The position numbers were made by a program, and so were the translations under genes. Shown here piece after piece: positions 31,036 through 48,082 of a stretch of DNA of 48,082 nt (position 1 is the first letter of the stretch; the number at the start of each line of letters is the position of its first letter). The stretch comes from Trichoplax sp. H2 (Eukaryota), in the NCBI GenBank assembly GCA_003344405.1, contig NOWV01000324.1, forward strand, positions 1 through 48,082, given 5' to 3'. The notes below the pieces were generated by a model. It saw only the letters and a list, made by a program, of their open reading frames with translations, did not search any database and had not been told where the DNA came from.

Positions 31036-32890
31036 ATGATTGTCAACACTTCTAGTCAAGCAGTTGCAATCCGTGAGAACAGAACAGATTCTATCTATTT
31101 CAATTATCGGATATTGGATCATGTTTTCTTTTCAATGAGAATAATATCTGTATTAATTCTTATCCCTTAGTTATAGGCACAATGGCCAACATGATCGTTT
31201 ATTTATCAGTCTACTTATTTTACTGTTACAAAATTATATTATCAAATGGAGTAAATACGTTTCACGAAATAATATCTCGTCAGACCAAGTTAATTTTTAC
31301 CTTCTTATAGAATAACTATTGTCTTGGCTTGAAGTATTTGGATAGTGATAACTCTTTTACTAAGGGCTTACAGTAAACTTATGAATATTAATTTAATTCA
31401 GTTTGTTATCATTAAAATTTTATACTGTAGTCAAAAATAGATTCAAAAAATGGACTGTAATCCTATGAACTCTTACAATGACGGAAGCTAGACAATTGAA
31501 TATAAGTTAAATTAAGTTATAGGCCAATATTATGCTAGAATTTCGAGATTCTTTCTTTATTCCAATTGCATCTGATCCATTAATCTTGCTTAAAGCAGCG
31601 ATTTTTGATCTATGACAGCTGGAATAGTGTATCTCAGATTCACAACTTTCTTTCTAAAGTTTTCCTATAAAACTGATTTAGACATTGATTTTCACACAAA
31701 TAGCCCATAAAATGCTGTCCTTACTATTCTAAAAGTCGTCGTTTTAATCTAATGCAATACAATTATGGTGCTCTATTTAAATCTCAGCCCTATAGGTTTT
31801 GAAAGCTATTCACTGGCTTATTCTATCATCTTGGGTTCTTTATGACTACACTTTTGTCGTGTTATTTTCAAAAGACAACCTCTTTCTAAGTAGGAACGTG
31901 ATATTTCGGACACTATAATTAGTACTTTCATTCATTTCTATCCGTAACCCAAGACTGTTCTTTTCAAAATCTGTTGTCAATTTCATGTTAGAAACGGTTA
32001 ATCTTCCTACGGTTGATAGTTGAAGTTATGTTATCTAATAAATCTACAGATTATTATATCCTTGCGAATTTAGCTATTGCAATAATTCTTACAGGGACAT
32101 TTGAGAGTTGTACAATGATTATAATATTTAAAGAAATAATTATTCAATTTTTTCAATCCGATGGATTAATCGAATCAAAACAATTTTATAGTAATTATTG
32201 TGTCCTTTAAACTCTTTGGTTAATAATTTATCCAAGTATTGTTTCCTAAACTTACATTGTAAGATGCCCTAGGAGAAATTAGTCAAATAGATTATTTGTA
32301 AATTCTAAAAGTTATTTTAATACATTATTCGTCGTATGCTTCCTGTAGGCCGTTCCATCATTGCTACTATTATCCTTTCCTACTGTATTAAGATAATGAA
32401 AATGGATATTGTAATCAAGCATAGGATGGTTAATGCTGTTTTCAAGGAACATGAAGATCATATTGATGCAATAAAGCTCTATAGCCAAAGCACATATCTC
32501 TATATCTCGGCATGGGGAGATTATCGTTTCTTGTCGAATCAATATCGTTTACCCGTAGCATGGCAGCAGCCTTATTGAACGATTTGCTTCTATGAATGGT
32601 GCGTATTCTACACAGATAAAGATGATGCATATTCAAAGGAAAAATGCTAACAGTCTACTAATAATACAAATTCTTCAAGACTACAGGCCATAAAATAAAA
32701 CCCAAAGCAATTTCCTGACTATGTTGTAGTATATGAGTGCTTAACTTTACTATGGTGATTAGCTGAAATCTTTACATACGATATTTAAATCGTATATCAT
32801 ATTCAAGCTGTGGATAAATCATGATTTTTATCTTACTGTGATTTTCCATAGCCAACTATACAAGACTGAAAATTGCATTTTATTACTTTC
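31036..32890 (+). pseudogene. Decayed class A GPCR pseudogene
   Basis: ATG 31036 opens MIVNTSSQAVAIRENRTDS (two sequons). A frameshift near 31165 leads into TM1-like LVIGTMANMIVYLSVY. From ~32030, TM2-like YYILANLAIAIILTG, a TM3-start Cys and TM4-like LFVVCFL*AVPSLLLLSFP (TAG at 32346 where Trp is expected) lie in one frame with several stops. A TM7-like ISYSSCG* occurs near 32800. Confidence 0.6.
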
Positions 32891-35800
32891 ATGACATATT
32901 CATGGAATAAACCTTCGTTTCATATCGAGATCTCAGGCATTCTAACACCGTATGTAAAATACGTCTTTGGGTTACTGTACTACGGAAAAAATATTTGTAG
33001 AAATATTTTCAATCTTTCCTCACTTATTTAGCCTGATTGTATCTGTTGAGCTACACTGTGGATATCTCCGAATTTTATATTTAACTCAATACCCAGTACT
33101 TTATGGAGTACATCTTCAGCAATCTTTTTTAAAAATTAGTTTCTTCATTGGATTTAACACAAAAGTGTTCCAAAATGTTGATCGCTATTTTTCCGATATT
33201 GCACTTAGCAATAGGTTTTTCGTGATGCTCATAGGATAGTATTGCCAAAGGATTGTTCAATGAAAATTGTAGGTTCTTCAATGATGACTTTTATATCATA
33301 TAGAAATGAAATATCTATAGATCATGACCCACTTTCTACGCTTAAATCATGAATGAATTCAAGTGCTTCCCAACTACTGTAGTATAGATCAACTTTGGTA
33401 TAGAGAACTCGTGATTTGATAATGTTGATTAAATGATGGAAAATGGCAAAGCAAATCATGATATTAGCTCCATTTATGGCTAAGACTGATAGTTGATGAC
33501 AAAATCAAGTTGAAAGCAAATCGAATATGAAAGATATTAATGAGCTAATTTTTTTACCGAGACATAATACATTGATTGACCAAAGTAGGGATAGAATCTC
33601 GATGTGAAGATTAAAACCAGAGAGATACAAATCGTGCGTTTACAAATAATCAATTAACAGAAATTTTATCGACTAACCTGGAAAAGTCGTAAGCTCTTGA
33701 CGGATATTAATGGAAGTAGACCAAATGATCGATTTAATTGCAGTGAATATTAATTTATAGTCATAGAAGTATTTTAAATATTCGAGTTGTATAATTTATT
33801 TATTCATCAATTAAGAGAACAGATGCTGCTCGACTGCCACGAATGCTATAATCAACAAGTAGATGTTGTTTTTATAAATTTAATTCTCTATTGATGGTCG
33901 ATAATGTAATTCAAGCATGCTATCTTGACCAGTGTTGACGTAGAACTAGCTAGATGTGAATTCATTATTATTCAAGCTAATGTCAACACTGATCCATTTG
34001 ATTAGAGCTATGCTAATTTATGTCAATGATGATTTTTTTGAGACTTTATAGTGATGATAGACTCTAGATTCATGTATTCATCCTTTATTGACAGAGGGCT
34101 CGAAATGAATTATTTCATTAACTCTATTGCATGATCGCTAGTTATTTTAACAAAGTTTATTTTATAATTACAACTAGATTAGCATGATCATTTCTATCGC
34201 GGTCAATAATTCAAAAACAATTTATATGTAAAGTACTGATGACGATGATGATGATTCAGTCCGAAAATAAACTTGAACACAATGAATAATGCTTTAATTC
34301 TTACTTACGGCAATATTGCCGTTATTTATAGATTACTATAAGTGCAGTTAATTGATTTTTTAGATTCTTTCTTTACGTCGTAGCCGTAATATACATATAT
34401 TTAATGAAAGGATTCAGTCTTGATTGCTAGCTATGCGATTTCATATTATTCAACATCTTACTACATTAGCTCCGATCATTTATCTTGTCTCCAAATAGAA
34501 GGAAAACTCTTTCATCAAACTTTAATCAAAATCAAACCTTGCCGTTCTTACTCTAGCTCTATAAGATTTTAATATTGATTGGTATAATCTCATTTCTCAG
34601 TTGTTTCTTTACGTCAATAACACTTAGGAATTTGCTTCATTCTTTCCAAGAAAGCCCACATCTTTTCGATAGAATAGACTAATTTAGTATCGCAATTTTA
34701 TTTTATAAATAGACTACTTTGACATTGACCTAATGAATTATTGTTTTTTAAAATCCAATTCCATATTCAACACTTGACTCTGGTAGCTAATCCAGACAAG
34801 AGATAGTATCAATTATTTTGCAGTACTTTTAAATCGTTGCCATTAATAGGGCAAGATTTATCCCATTGGCTTGTAGTATTAATACCTAGTTGCTCGTCAG
34901 TGGAATGGCTGTGTGATCCTATCTAATTTAGTAGTTGTCTAATTGATAAATTGTTATGGCTTATTGGGATAGATTAGTACAATGAACCAGTCTCAATGAA
35001 ACTATTACACTAGCTTAAATAGAATTAGTTATGCAATAAATTTAAAGTGACGCCATACGAACAAGAATATCGTAAGGGTTCAACGTTATTTCAACTTTTA
35101 GAGTATCATCTTGTTTTCTTATTTTCTGAGCTAAACTAACTTTAAGTATCGGGTCGATCGTTGCAGATATGAAATTGTAGGGCAGAAATGAATACAGAAT
35201 AAGTAAGTGGTGATTCTACGCGTAGTTTATTGACGATCTTTGAAAGCAACTAACCGTAGTTAATTATTGGTGCATTTAGTAACCATTGAAAATGAGTTTC
35301 TACTTTCATCAAGTATTGGATAAATCATTTTCATTTCAATAGTTTATAATAGAGTTGACTAAAACTATTCAATGAGCCTGCCATGCTATAACTGTTGCGT
35401 TACTGAAAGAATGATCTGTTCTTGTATGAATATTCTTACATGATTGAATCATGTCATTGATGCTAATTTTAACGCGTTAATTAGAAGCATTGGGCAAAAG
35501 ATCAAGAATAAAATCTTTGCTTTGGTAAGATGATAAAATAAGATGTCATCGCAGTGCATTGATTCAATCATTTAACGTAGGGAAATTTGTAGAGTCGATG
35601 ATATTTAGTTCAATTCCTCTTCATAATTTTTGAATGAAGAATAATATATGTGTACTCATGAACGCCTGCCCGATCGATATTTGACGTATGTTAAAGGGCA
35701 AAAAATATAAGTCTGTGGTCAATGCTACTAGCCAAATTGATCGATGGCTACAGTAGTCCGTTTCTAGTCATTACTTTCGCTCCTCAAGCAAAAGTTCATT

Positions 35801-36737
35801 TATTAATGAAATATATGAATTAATGAAAGAAGTAACAGCCTTAAAGCACTCGATGAAAATATTCCTTAACTGGCCTACGATAGAACAATGCTGATATCCA
35901 AAAGACGAGTACAATATCTACCTTTCTATTTAAGCTATCCTGGATGGTAATATCCCAGTTAAATTAAAAGTAAGATCTTGATTAATGCGATCAACAAATG
36001 AATCATGTTTTATACGACTCTCAACAGCCAAATTATACGCATTATCCAAAGACCTACGGCTTATTGATAGTCTATTAATGGATAATTCATTGATTCCAAT
36101 GAGTAAAGAAGAAACGGAGATCATTGCGTAACTTGATAGAATCGTTTATGACTTTAATTATCCTTGATGATCAGTCTAATTGATGACCGATTGTATCACA
36201 ATTATTATCGACGTAATCGATTGTATATTAGGCAGTCTCGCGTCTTAATTATGCTAATAAAAATTGAAATTTAATTGCTGCCCCGTTGTACTTCATTGAT
36301 AACAACAAGCATTACATTTAGATTACGCTGAATATTTAATTCTGATTATGCATTGGCCATAATGACGGTAGAGTATAAATTAAATAAACTTTCTATTATT
36401 AAGGATAAGTGTTTAAATAGCGGATGATGCTATTATTCAATGTAATAATGTGCGCTCGTATGTGTTAAAATATCGCCATTGACACAAGTTGCATGTCTGA
36501 TGGAAATATGTCCACCTGTTTTTTAGAATTGATTCAGGTGGTCGGATCAATTGTTGATTGACTTTCTCATTTTAGCATTTATTTTAACATGAAATGGAAT
36601 GCGACTATCTGATGAAGGGCATATTAATCAAGCGTCCAAATGCCTAATAAGTTCATCATAAAGTCAGTTCCCTTTGCCTTTCTGCTATCGTTTTTTATTG
36701 ATGCCTTAGTAGGCGAAAATACTCTTTCAAGCGTTTC

Positions 36738-38646
36738 AAGATCCATATCCTTCGTACGTGTACTTGTGATTCTTGTTACCAGTTGGATCCTATTCAACTT
36801 CATCTTGCCAATATTCACTTGAATGGAATAATAATGCCGACCGATAGCGCATCATACTGTTGCATTTCTGTTTGCAGCTTGTACGTGCTATGCTGATGAA
36901 TCATCCAGTTGCATTGCGTGTTAATGCAGTAATAGGGACATGTAATATAGGTCTATCCCTGTGTAAAGGCTGTGGTAGAGACCACTGGCAAGATGTTGAC
37001 AGATTTTACAATTTGTGCATCCATCTCATTCGCATCTCCTTTATTGCCCATATTGGATTTGATTTTATGTGTTGAAATGACGGAGGAAGAAGCTTTCGCC
37101 AATCTGTACGTCCATCCATCCCACTCCATCATGGGCAGTACCGTAGTTGATAGTTGATACTGTAGTGTACACTGACTGTACTTCTCCTATACTGTAGAGT
37201 ACTGTACTGTACTGTACAGTACCGTACACGGGAACGGTTACTGCACTCTTTTACTTTTGCATGGATACTGTATAGTGTACAGTTTTTCCATGATACTGTA
37301 TTGTACTGTATTGTACACTGTAAAGGACGGCTTGTCCGTCCGCCCTAATGCACTGTACAGTGTACAGTTCTTCCATGATACTGTATAGTACTGTACTGTA
37401 CACTGTAAAGGATGTGCTGTCCGTCCACGACACCGTACTGTCGTGTCCAGTGTACAGTACAGTGTACAGTGTACAGTCCCTCCATGATACTGTACTGTGT
37501 ACTGTAATATTCGGGACGGAACGGTACCCATGGACGCAAGAAGAACTCGCTGGTACAAAAACATCTTGCGCCGGTCCTTTTTGTCGGCCATTGGTTCTCC
37601 ATTCCATAAAACTTCTTTCGTCGAGCTTCTATCATTCTTTCGCTATCGAGCATCNNNNNNNNNNNNNNNNNNNNAAGATCCATATCCTTCGTACGTGTAC
37701 TTGTGATTCTTGTTACCAGTTGGATCCTATTCAACTTCATCTTGCCAATATTCACTTGAATGGAATAATAATGCCTACCGATAGTGCATCATACTGTTGC
37801 ATTTCTGTTTGCAGCTTGTCTGTGCTATGCTGATGAATCATCCAGTTGCATTGCGTGTTAATGCAGTAATAGGGACATGTAATATAGGTCTATCCCTGTG
37901 TAAAGGCTGTGGTAGAGACCACTGGCAAGATGTTGACAGATTTTACAATTTGTGCATCCATCTCATTCGCATCTCCTTTATTGCCCATATTGGATTTGAT
38001 TTTATGTGTTGAAATGACGGAGGAAGAAGCTTTCGCCAATCTGTACGTCCATCCATCCCACTCCATCATGGGCATTGGGCAGTACCTTAGTTGATAGTTG
38101 ATACTGTAGTGTAACTGTACTTCTCCTATACTGTAGAGTACAGTACCGTACACGGGAACGGTTACTGCACTCTTTTACTTTTGCATGGATACTGTACAAG
38201 TGTACAGTACTGTACACTCAGTGTACAGTTCTTCCATGATACTGTACTGTATTGTACTGTATTGTACAGTACTGTACAGTACACTGTAAAGGACTGTGTG
38301 TACTGTAAGCTTCTACTGTACAAAGATATCACGATACAGTACAAATCACTCTGGGAGTATCCCGCCATCTACTGCACAGTACTGTACACTGTAAAGGATG
38401 TGCTGTCCGTCCACGACACCGTACTGTCGTGTCCAGTGTACAGTGTACAGTATAGTGTACAGTCCCTCCATGATACTGTACTGTACTGTGTACTGTAATA
38501 TTCGGGACGGAACGGTACCCATGGACGCAAGAAGAACTCGCTGGTACAAAAACATCTTGCGCCGGTCCTTTTTTGTCGGCCATTGGTTCTCTATTTCACA
38601 AAACTTCTTTCGTCGAGCTTCTATCATTCTTTCGCTATCGAGCATC
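36738..38646. repeat. ~0.95 kb direct duplication flanking a 20-N assembly gap (probably two unmerged haplotypes)
   Basis: Copy 1 (36738-37654) ends exactly at the gap (37655-37674). Copy 2 (37675-38646) starts exactly after it. The copies are near-identical apart from scattered SNPs and indels concentrated in the ACAGT tract. Confidence 0.9.
38090..38520. promoter_or_regulatory. ACAGT-rich minisatellite upstream of TM2D3 (other copy at 37140-37530)
   Basis: Repeated GTACAGT(T/C)(C/T)(T/C)TCCATGATACTGTA and ACACTGTAAAGGA blocks in ACTGT runs, about 270-700 bp before the ATG at 38785. Confidence 0.65.
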
Positions 38647-38784
38647 TTATTTCCTCACCATACCTACAAAATCATCATGTACTAGTGGATGTTGTCCTTC
38701 ATGTTATTAGTGAGAAGATCTTGTTAAAGCATTGGACACGAACCCGTCTAGTAGTGGACGAGTCATTACCATCTTGAAGACAGT

Positions 38785-40943
38785 ATGGCTGGAATGGATA
38801 GATTAGTGGTCAGTTGGATCGTCGTCATCATCATCGGTTTTGTCTCTAGGCCTTCAGCCTTAGCCACAGATTCAGATTCTACTACTTTGCTACCTTCTAC
38901 CACGTCGACCGATAGTTTGATGGTGACCAATTCAACGCAAAATAGGGAAGATAAATGTAGTTATTCACTGATGCAATGCAGTCAATTACCTGCTATATGC
39001 TTGCAATGTGACATGACCTACAACTGCTTTTATGGAGAAGAATTAACTGTCAATTGTTCATCTTTACCTGGCATCAACTGTAAAGTGAGTAATTGGACAT
39101 TGATTACACTACCATCACGAATCATCTAATCTACTTGCCCACTCAATCGATTCAATTCCGAATGCCGTCTTAACGACGTTGTAGAACGGCTAATAATGCA
39201 CCAGAGTAGTCTGTCCAATGGATCGGATCAATTGGCTGAGAACGATAGTGATAGACACCAAAATACTCGTATAGAGAAAGACTTGTACTGTGCTGGACAA
39301 TGTACTACTCTAGTCTACAGTATCGCTACAATCGTCATTTCAACTTGTTTATTCTCTCTACTCTACCGAAGAGAATGTTGACTGCTTTTGTTAAACTTTT
39401 TCAATCGTCAATGAGTCATTCAATTACTGTACGAGTAGATGGGTTATTCATGGCTTCAGTTTGACATGAATCCATCCATCATACTGTATGGCAATAGTTT
39501 CTTACAGCCTGGTATTACTCCGCTATCGTGATAACGTAGAAAGTTCTCATGAATTCAAATAAGAGTTCTACTTGTTCATAAGTTAAGACTTTCTAGTTCC
39601 TAGTAGTCCAATTGAAAGCTTGCTAGCTGGAATGATTATGTTATAAAACTGTAAGTTCACTTGATCTACATTGTCGATACAAATCGCATTGCCCTATAGC
39701 TTACTGTAACAGACACTGTTGTGGCCTTTTACTCTACTTCTAAAAGTCATTCTGATCTATCTCGGAGCATCCAAAAATCAACCTACTGCAACATACGTGT
39801 ACAGTAGAGTACATGTAAGTGTACTTTTATGCCCATGGAATACTTACTCTTGGGATGTCCTAATAGGGACTTTTAAAATAACTTGCGGACGCTATATCAC
39901 CTATTCTTACAGATACACCACCTGAACAAAGTATTTTCTGTTTGTACACCAGACTTAGTAATCTATCACCAATGACTACACGCCAACGATACTATATTAT
40001 TTTTCACTGGGATAATAGTAATGATAGCATTATCTTGCTTTACAGACAGCGTTAAAACTAATGCTAGTCTTTTATTAATTAATCTTATCATAAATTATTT
40101 TAGGGAGATGATAATTTCATTCGATCAATGAAATGTGCGTTTTGCTATCAATTTCCATCTTCCAATTATACATGTTCTAGCAACTTCAGTTGCCGTGTAA
40201 GAATCGCATACTCCTTATACATTACTATTACCAAGAGTACTACTTCTCAATCGAACTATAAATGATATTGTTGTTCTTGTATTAATAGGCTGTCGGAAAT
40301 AAAAGTACCTCAACATATATTGCCACCTGCACCATCGATAATAGTATTCTTTGCTTAGGTAAGTACTCGCGTATAGTCGTATTTCATGGTAATATATCAT
40401 AAATACTTGATCGCTATAGGCATCAAATGGTGACACTACTTTACTAAGGATAAATTAAATAAACTAAATTTGAAGGAAGTAGAACATTTCAAAAAAATGT
40501 TAAATGTAATTGGACTTCGGGACATCACTGGAGCACAGCTGTTATACTTAGGTGCGTATCGCTAGCGAGACCATTAATCAATCCTCTAGTTTAATTGCCA
40601 CTTACTACCTAGTTTATATTGTACCATTGATGATAATAAAATAATGATGAATAAAACATTGCAATAAACTCTTACCAATAGCTAATCTTATTGATTCTAC
40701 TACACGATATCCTTTAATTAGACTTGTACCAAACAAGTTATTTAATATCATTTTGTCTATTGATCCGAAACTTTCAGTATTACCTTGGGAGGTTTTGGCG
40801 CTGATCGGTTTTATTTAGGGTATTGGCGTACAGGCCTAGGCAAATTGTTTAGTCTTGGTGGTCTAGGAGTCTGGACACTAATAGATGTTGTTCTAATTGC
40901 TATTGGTTATTTAAAGCCAGAGGATGGTTCGTTGTATTTATAA
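38785..40943 (+). CDS. TM2D3: TM2 domain-containing protein 3 (almondex-like), 5 exons, ~234 aa
   Basis: Exons 38785-39084, 40104-40196, 40289-40358, 40476-40551, 40778-40943 (705 nt). Signal peptide and Cys-rich ectodomain (CSQLPAICLQC, CAFCYQ). C-terminus CNWTSGHHWSTAVILSITLGGFGADRFYLGYWRTGLGKLFSLGGLGVWTLIDVVLIAIGYLKPEDGSLYL. Confidence 0.95.
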
Positions 40944-42739
40944 ATGCAGCCTTTAATTTTCAAACGTTTATGTGCATTCTGGATTGTACAAAGCAGCGCA
41001 AATGTGATGCAATATTCAATACTGCATTGAGCCGTTGTAAAGCATCAAGTTTATTTTCTGTAAAGGATATTGTTTCATAATTCGATAAATTACATTATCA
41101 ATATTAAAGGTGTTTGTTATGAGACTCGTCAATATTACAGTGATCACTTTACCAATACGTTGTTATATATGAAATACGTAACTCATGTAAATAAGTAAAC
41201 TTGTTTTGGACGTTGTTAATTACTATAGTATATCGTTGTAATTGTATATCAAATTACCAAGCAGTATCAAAGCACTAATTATAGTACTAATGTAGATTAC
41301 GATCTAATAATCTCGAATTTAAATTAAATTAGTTTTGATATCGAATAATTTCCTTAAAATCCTGCAAATTGAGTTATGGATTAACAATAATTATCTGGAT
41401 GTGAAAGTTCTGCTGCTTGCTAGTCGCTGTACATAACCACACATTGTATCAGAGAGGGATTTCTCGAAACTGTACTAATATTATTGAAGATATATTTTTA
41501 AATATGAGTAACTTATTACCATTACATTAAATGATTATCAAACGATAATTTATTCTATTTGCTATCTGACTTCATACAGATAGTGAAAATAAGTCAATGC
41601 TTACGATGTGTACGATTAGTGAATACGCGTACTTACAATGTGTATAAATTCTTGAATTCAAAATTCTTTTCTTATTATAAAATTACATAATAAATAGCAT
41701 ATGCATTTATTACATATATATATACACTAGTTAGCTGTCATTGGCTCTTGAAATCAAGATTTTGCAATCTGTAAGCTGATAACATCTTGTAGTCGCTTGT
41801 TAGTTATTATTATAGTGCTGTCCAAAAGAATTATTTTGTTTTCCCCACTATACTGTACTAGCATATGAGTATTTACGGTATAAATCTAATCTGTTCACGT
41901 ACGGTGACTGTAAAAATGAAAACATTACGCCAAATTTTTTCGTTTTTAAACTCATTCCTGATATTGGGCTAGTAATTAAGGAGATTTCACTGTAAATTAT
42001 CGGATATCACGATAGATTATCCTTATTTTTTAAAGAATACATGAGGATGCAAGTAGCGCTAACGCTAATATTGATAGCCTTTCAAGGTAGTGGCTTGGCC
42101 CAATCACGCTTTGTCAATTTCTTTGCACCAATATGAATTATAACATTGCCTATATTCGTATGTACAGTACACGACGTATGCATGCAGCTGTCACTACAAT
42201 TCTCTACGCCTTACTATGATCGCATTTAGCAGATAATAGATCAATAAATTAGAATGTTTCTAGACACCATACAAAGAATTGACGCAAAACATTTGATTTA
42301 TTTACCGTTAGCAATATCATCAAAAGATTACTTTAAAAATGTAATAAGATGAGATATAATGAATGAAACACATGCCAGGTTAAAATCAGCTTCTAATTAT
42401 AGAATTTAATCTTGTTTAGATAAATAAATTTCTACGACTTAAAACAGACTGCGGGCATTAGACACATAATGCATGCTATTAGTCGATATAAATGTGCTAG
42501 TTTAATAAAATTTATAAACTACCGAAAGAAAAATTATCATATAGCCGCAGGAACGTTATTACTTCTATCTTGGATAAAGCGCTACTATGGTCAACAAAAC
42601 CTGTGATTGGCAAATCAAACCAGATTAAAGATCTTGTAATAGCTTTACATTGGAACTACCTGCGTGAAATAATTCACGGTGGCCCTCATATATATATTTT
42701 ATAAATAGACATTTTTGTCTGTTAAGTTTGCTGCACCGT

Positions 42740-47211
<4,472 letters not shown>

Positions 47212-47399
47212 GTTGCAAACTCCTCAATCCTCTGGAAGAGATAGACTACCGTAATGACCCACTGGGCAATGTGCAGCTACGTACGTAACGTAGTCGAGTT
47301 TATAATGGCCTGATGATAACATAGATCAAGGTGACTGCGTTGCTCAGCAGCTTGAAGCACTACCTTGTGTATGAAGAAGGACGCTGAACTGCAGCATTC

Positions 47400-47962
47400 A
47401 CTTTCCAGTCGTCGTACTGTACAGTACGACGACTGTACGGATGAGTCACAGTCGTACTGTACCGTACAGTGTACAGTCCGGTAGGCTACGGTACACTCTG
47501 TCGACAAGTACTGTACAGTCCCGTACTGTACTGTATGACGGAAGCAGGGATATCGAGGGAAAACAGAATCAGCGCATGTCGGTATGACAGTCACGTGTGA
47601 TGGATTTCAGAAAAGTTCAACAACGGTAGAATATTTAGTTTAATCATACAGTTGAGAAAAAACCTACAGTACTGTACAGTAGTATTGTAGGTACTGATGT
47701 GGGTGGATCATAGAGTTGAGAAAAAAACATACAGTACAGTAGAGCGCTAACTTCGCTAAAACCTACCATAGGGTAGACTGTTAAGTACAATCTGATACAG
47801 TACAGAACGTACTGGTGTGGCTTTACTGTGAAGTATTGTTACTGGACAGGACACTCCTGTGAATCAATTTGTGATCATCACGACTGTCACAAGACTGGAC
47901 TTCAATGTACAGTACACTGTACAGTACAGTACACTACACTACAGTACAATGTACAGTACAAC
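47400..47962. promoter_or_regulatory. ACAGT-rich putative promoter of ATP6V1A containing a CLEAR-like E-box
   Basis: Dense GTACTGTACAGTAC-type tracts about 200-750 bp upstream of the ATG. GTCACGTG at 47590-47597. Confidence 0.6.
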
Positions 47963-48082
47963 ACCTGGACTCGAGCTCGGGGGGGGAGTGTTTGTATAGC
48001 GATTGCACTCATTTCGGGTTCGAAAATCAACAATTTGATCGGGTTTTATCGGGTTCGGGTTGCTTGCTTCTCCATTCAAGGA

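Noticed and set aside
34236..34270. Second CTGATGA...GAAA hammerhead-like string
   Set aside because: No stem II can form because the intervening sequence is a GAT microsatellite.
34630..34680. Minus-strand SIEKMWAFLER resembling the Tc1/mariner NPIENLW motif
   Set aside because: An isolated weak match with no other transposase motifs or TIRs.
37238..38777. Cluster of overlapping ORFs around the gap
   Set aside because: They derive from ACAGT repeats and the duplicated segment, and some cross the N run.

Overview
AT-rich, intron-dense animal genomic DNA, most likely placozoan (Trichoplax-like). That assignment is an inference from the abundant ACAGT/ACTGT tracts, the short introns and the compact gene layout. 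Exons reconstructed by hand give six complete genes: VPS26C/DSCR3 (+), PP2A scaffold subunit PPP2R1A/B-like (-), a SAXO/FAM154-like ciliary microtubule protein (+), a two-exon class A GPCR (-), TM2D3 (+) and V-ATPase subunit A (-). There is also the 5' end of a probable signal-peptide gene running off the left edge, and a decayed GPCR pseudogene. Highlights: (1) a hammerhead-ribozyme-like core between the two divergent GPCR loci; (2) an AT-AC intron with non-consensus signals in VPS26C; (3) a consensus-like U12 intron next to a GC-AG intron in ATP6V1A; (4) ACAGT arrays at every housekeeping promoter but not at the SAXO or GPCR promoters; (5) candidate MiT/TFE and RFX sites; (6) a ~0.95 kb probable haplotype duplication around a 20-N gap. 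All coordinates were read manually and no searches were run.
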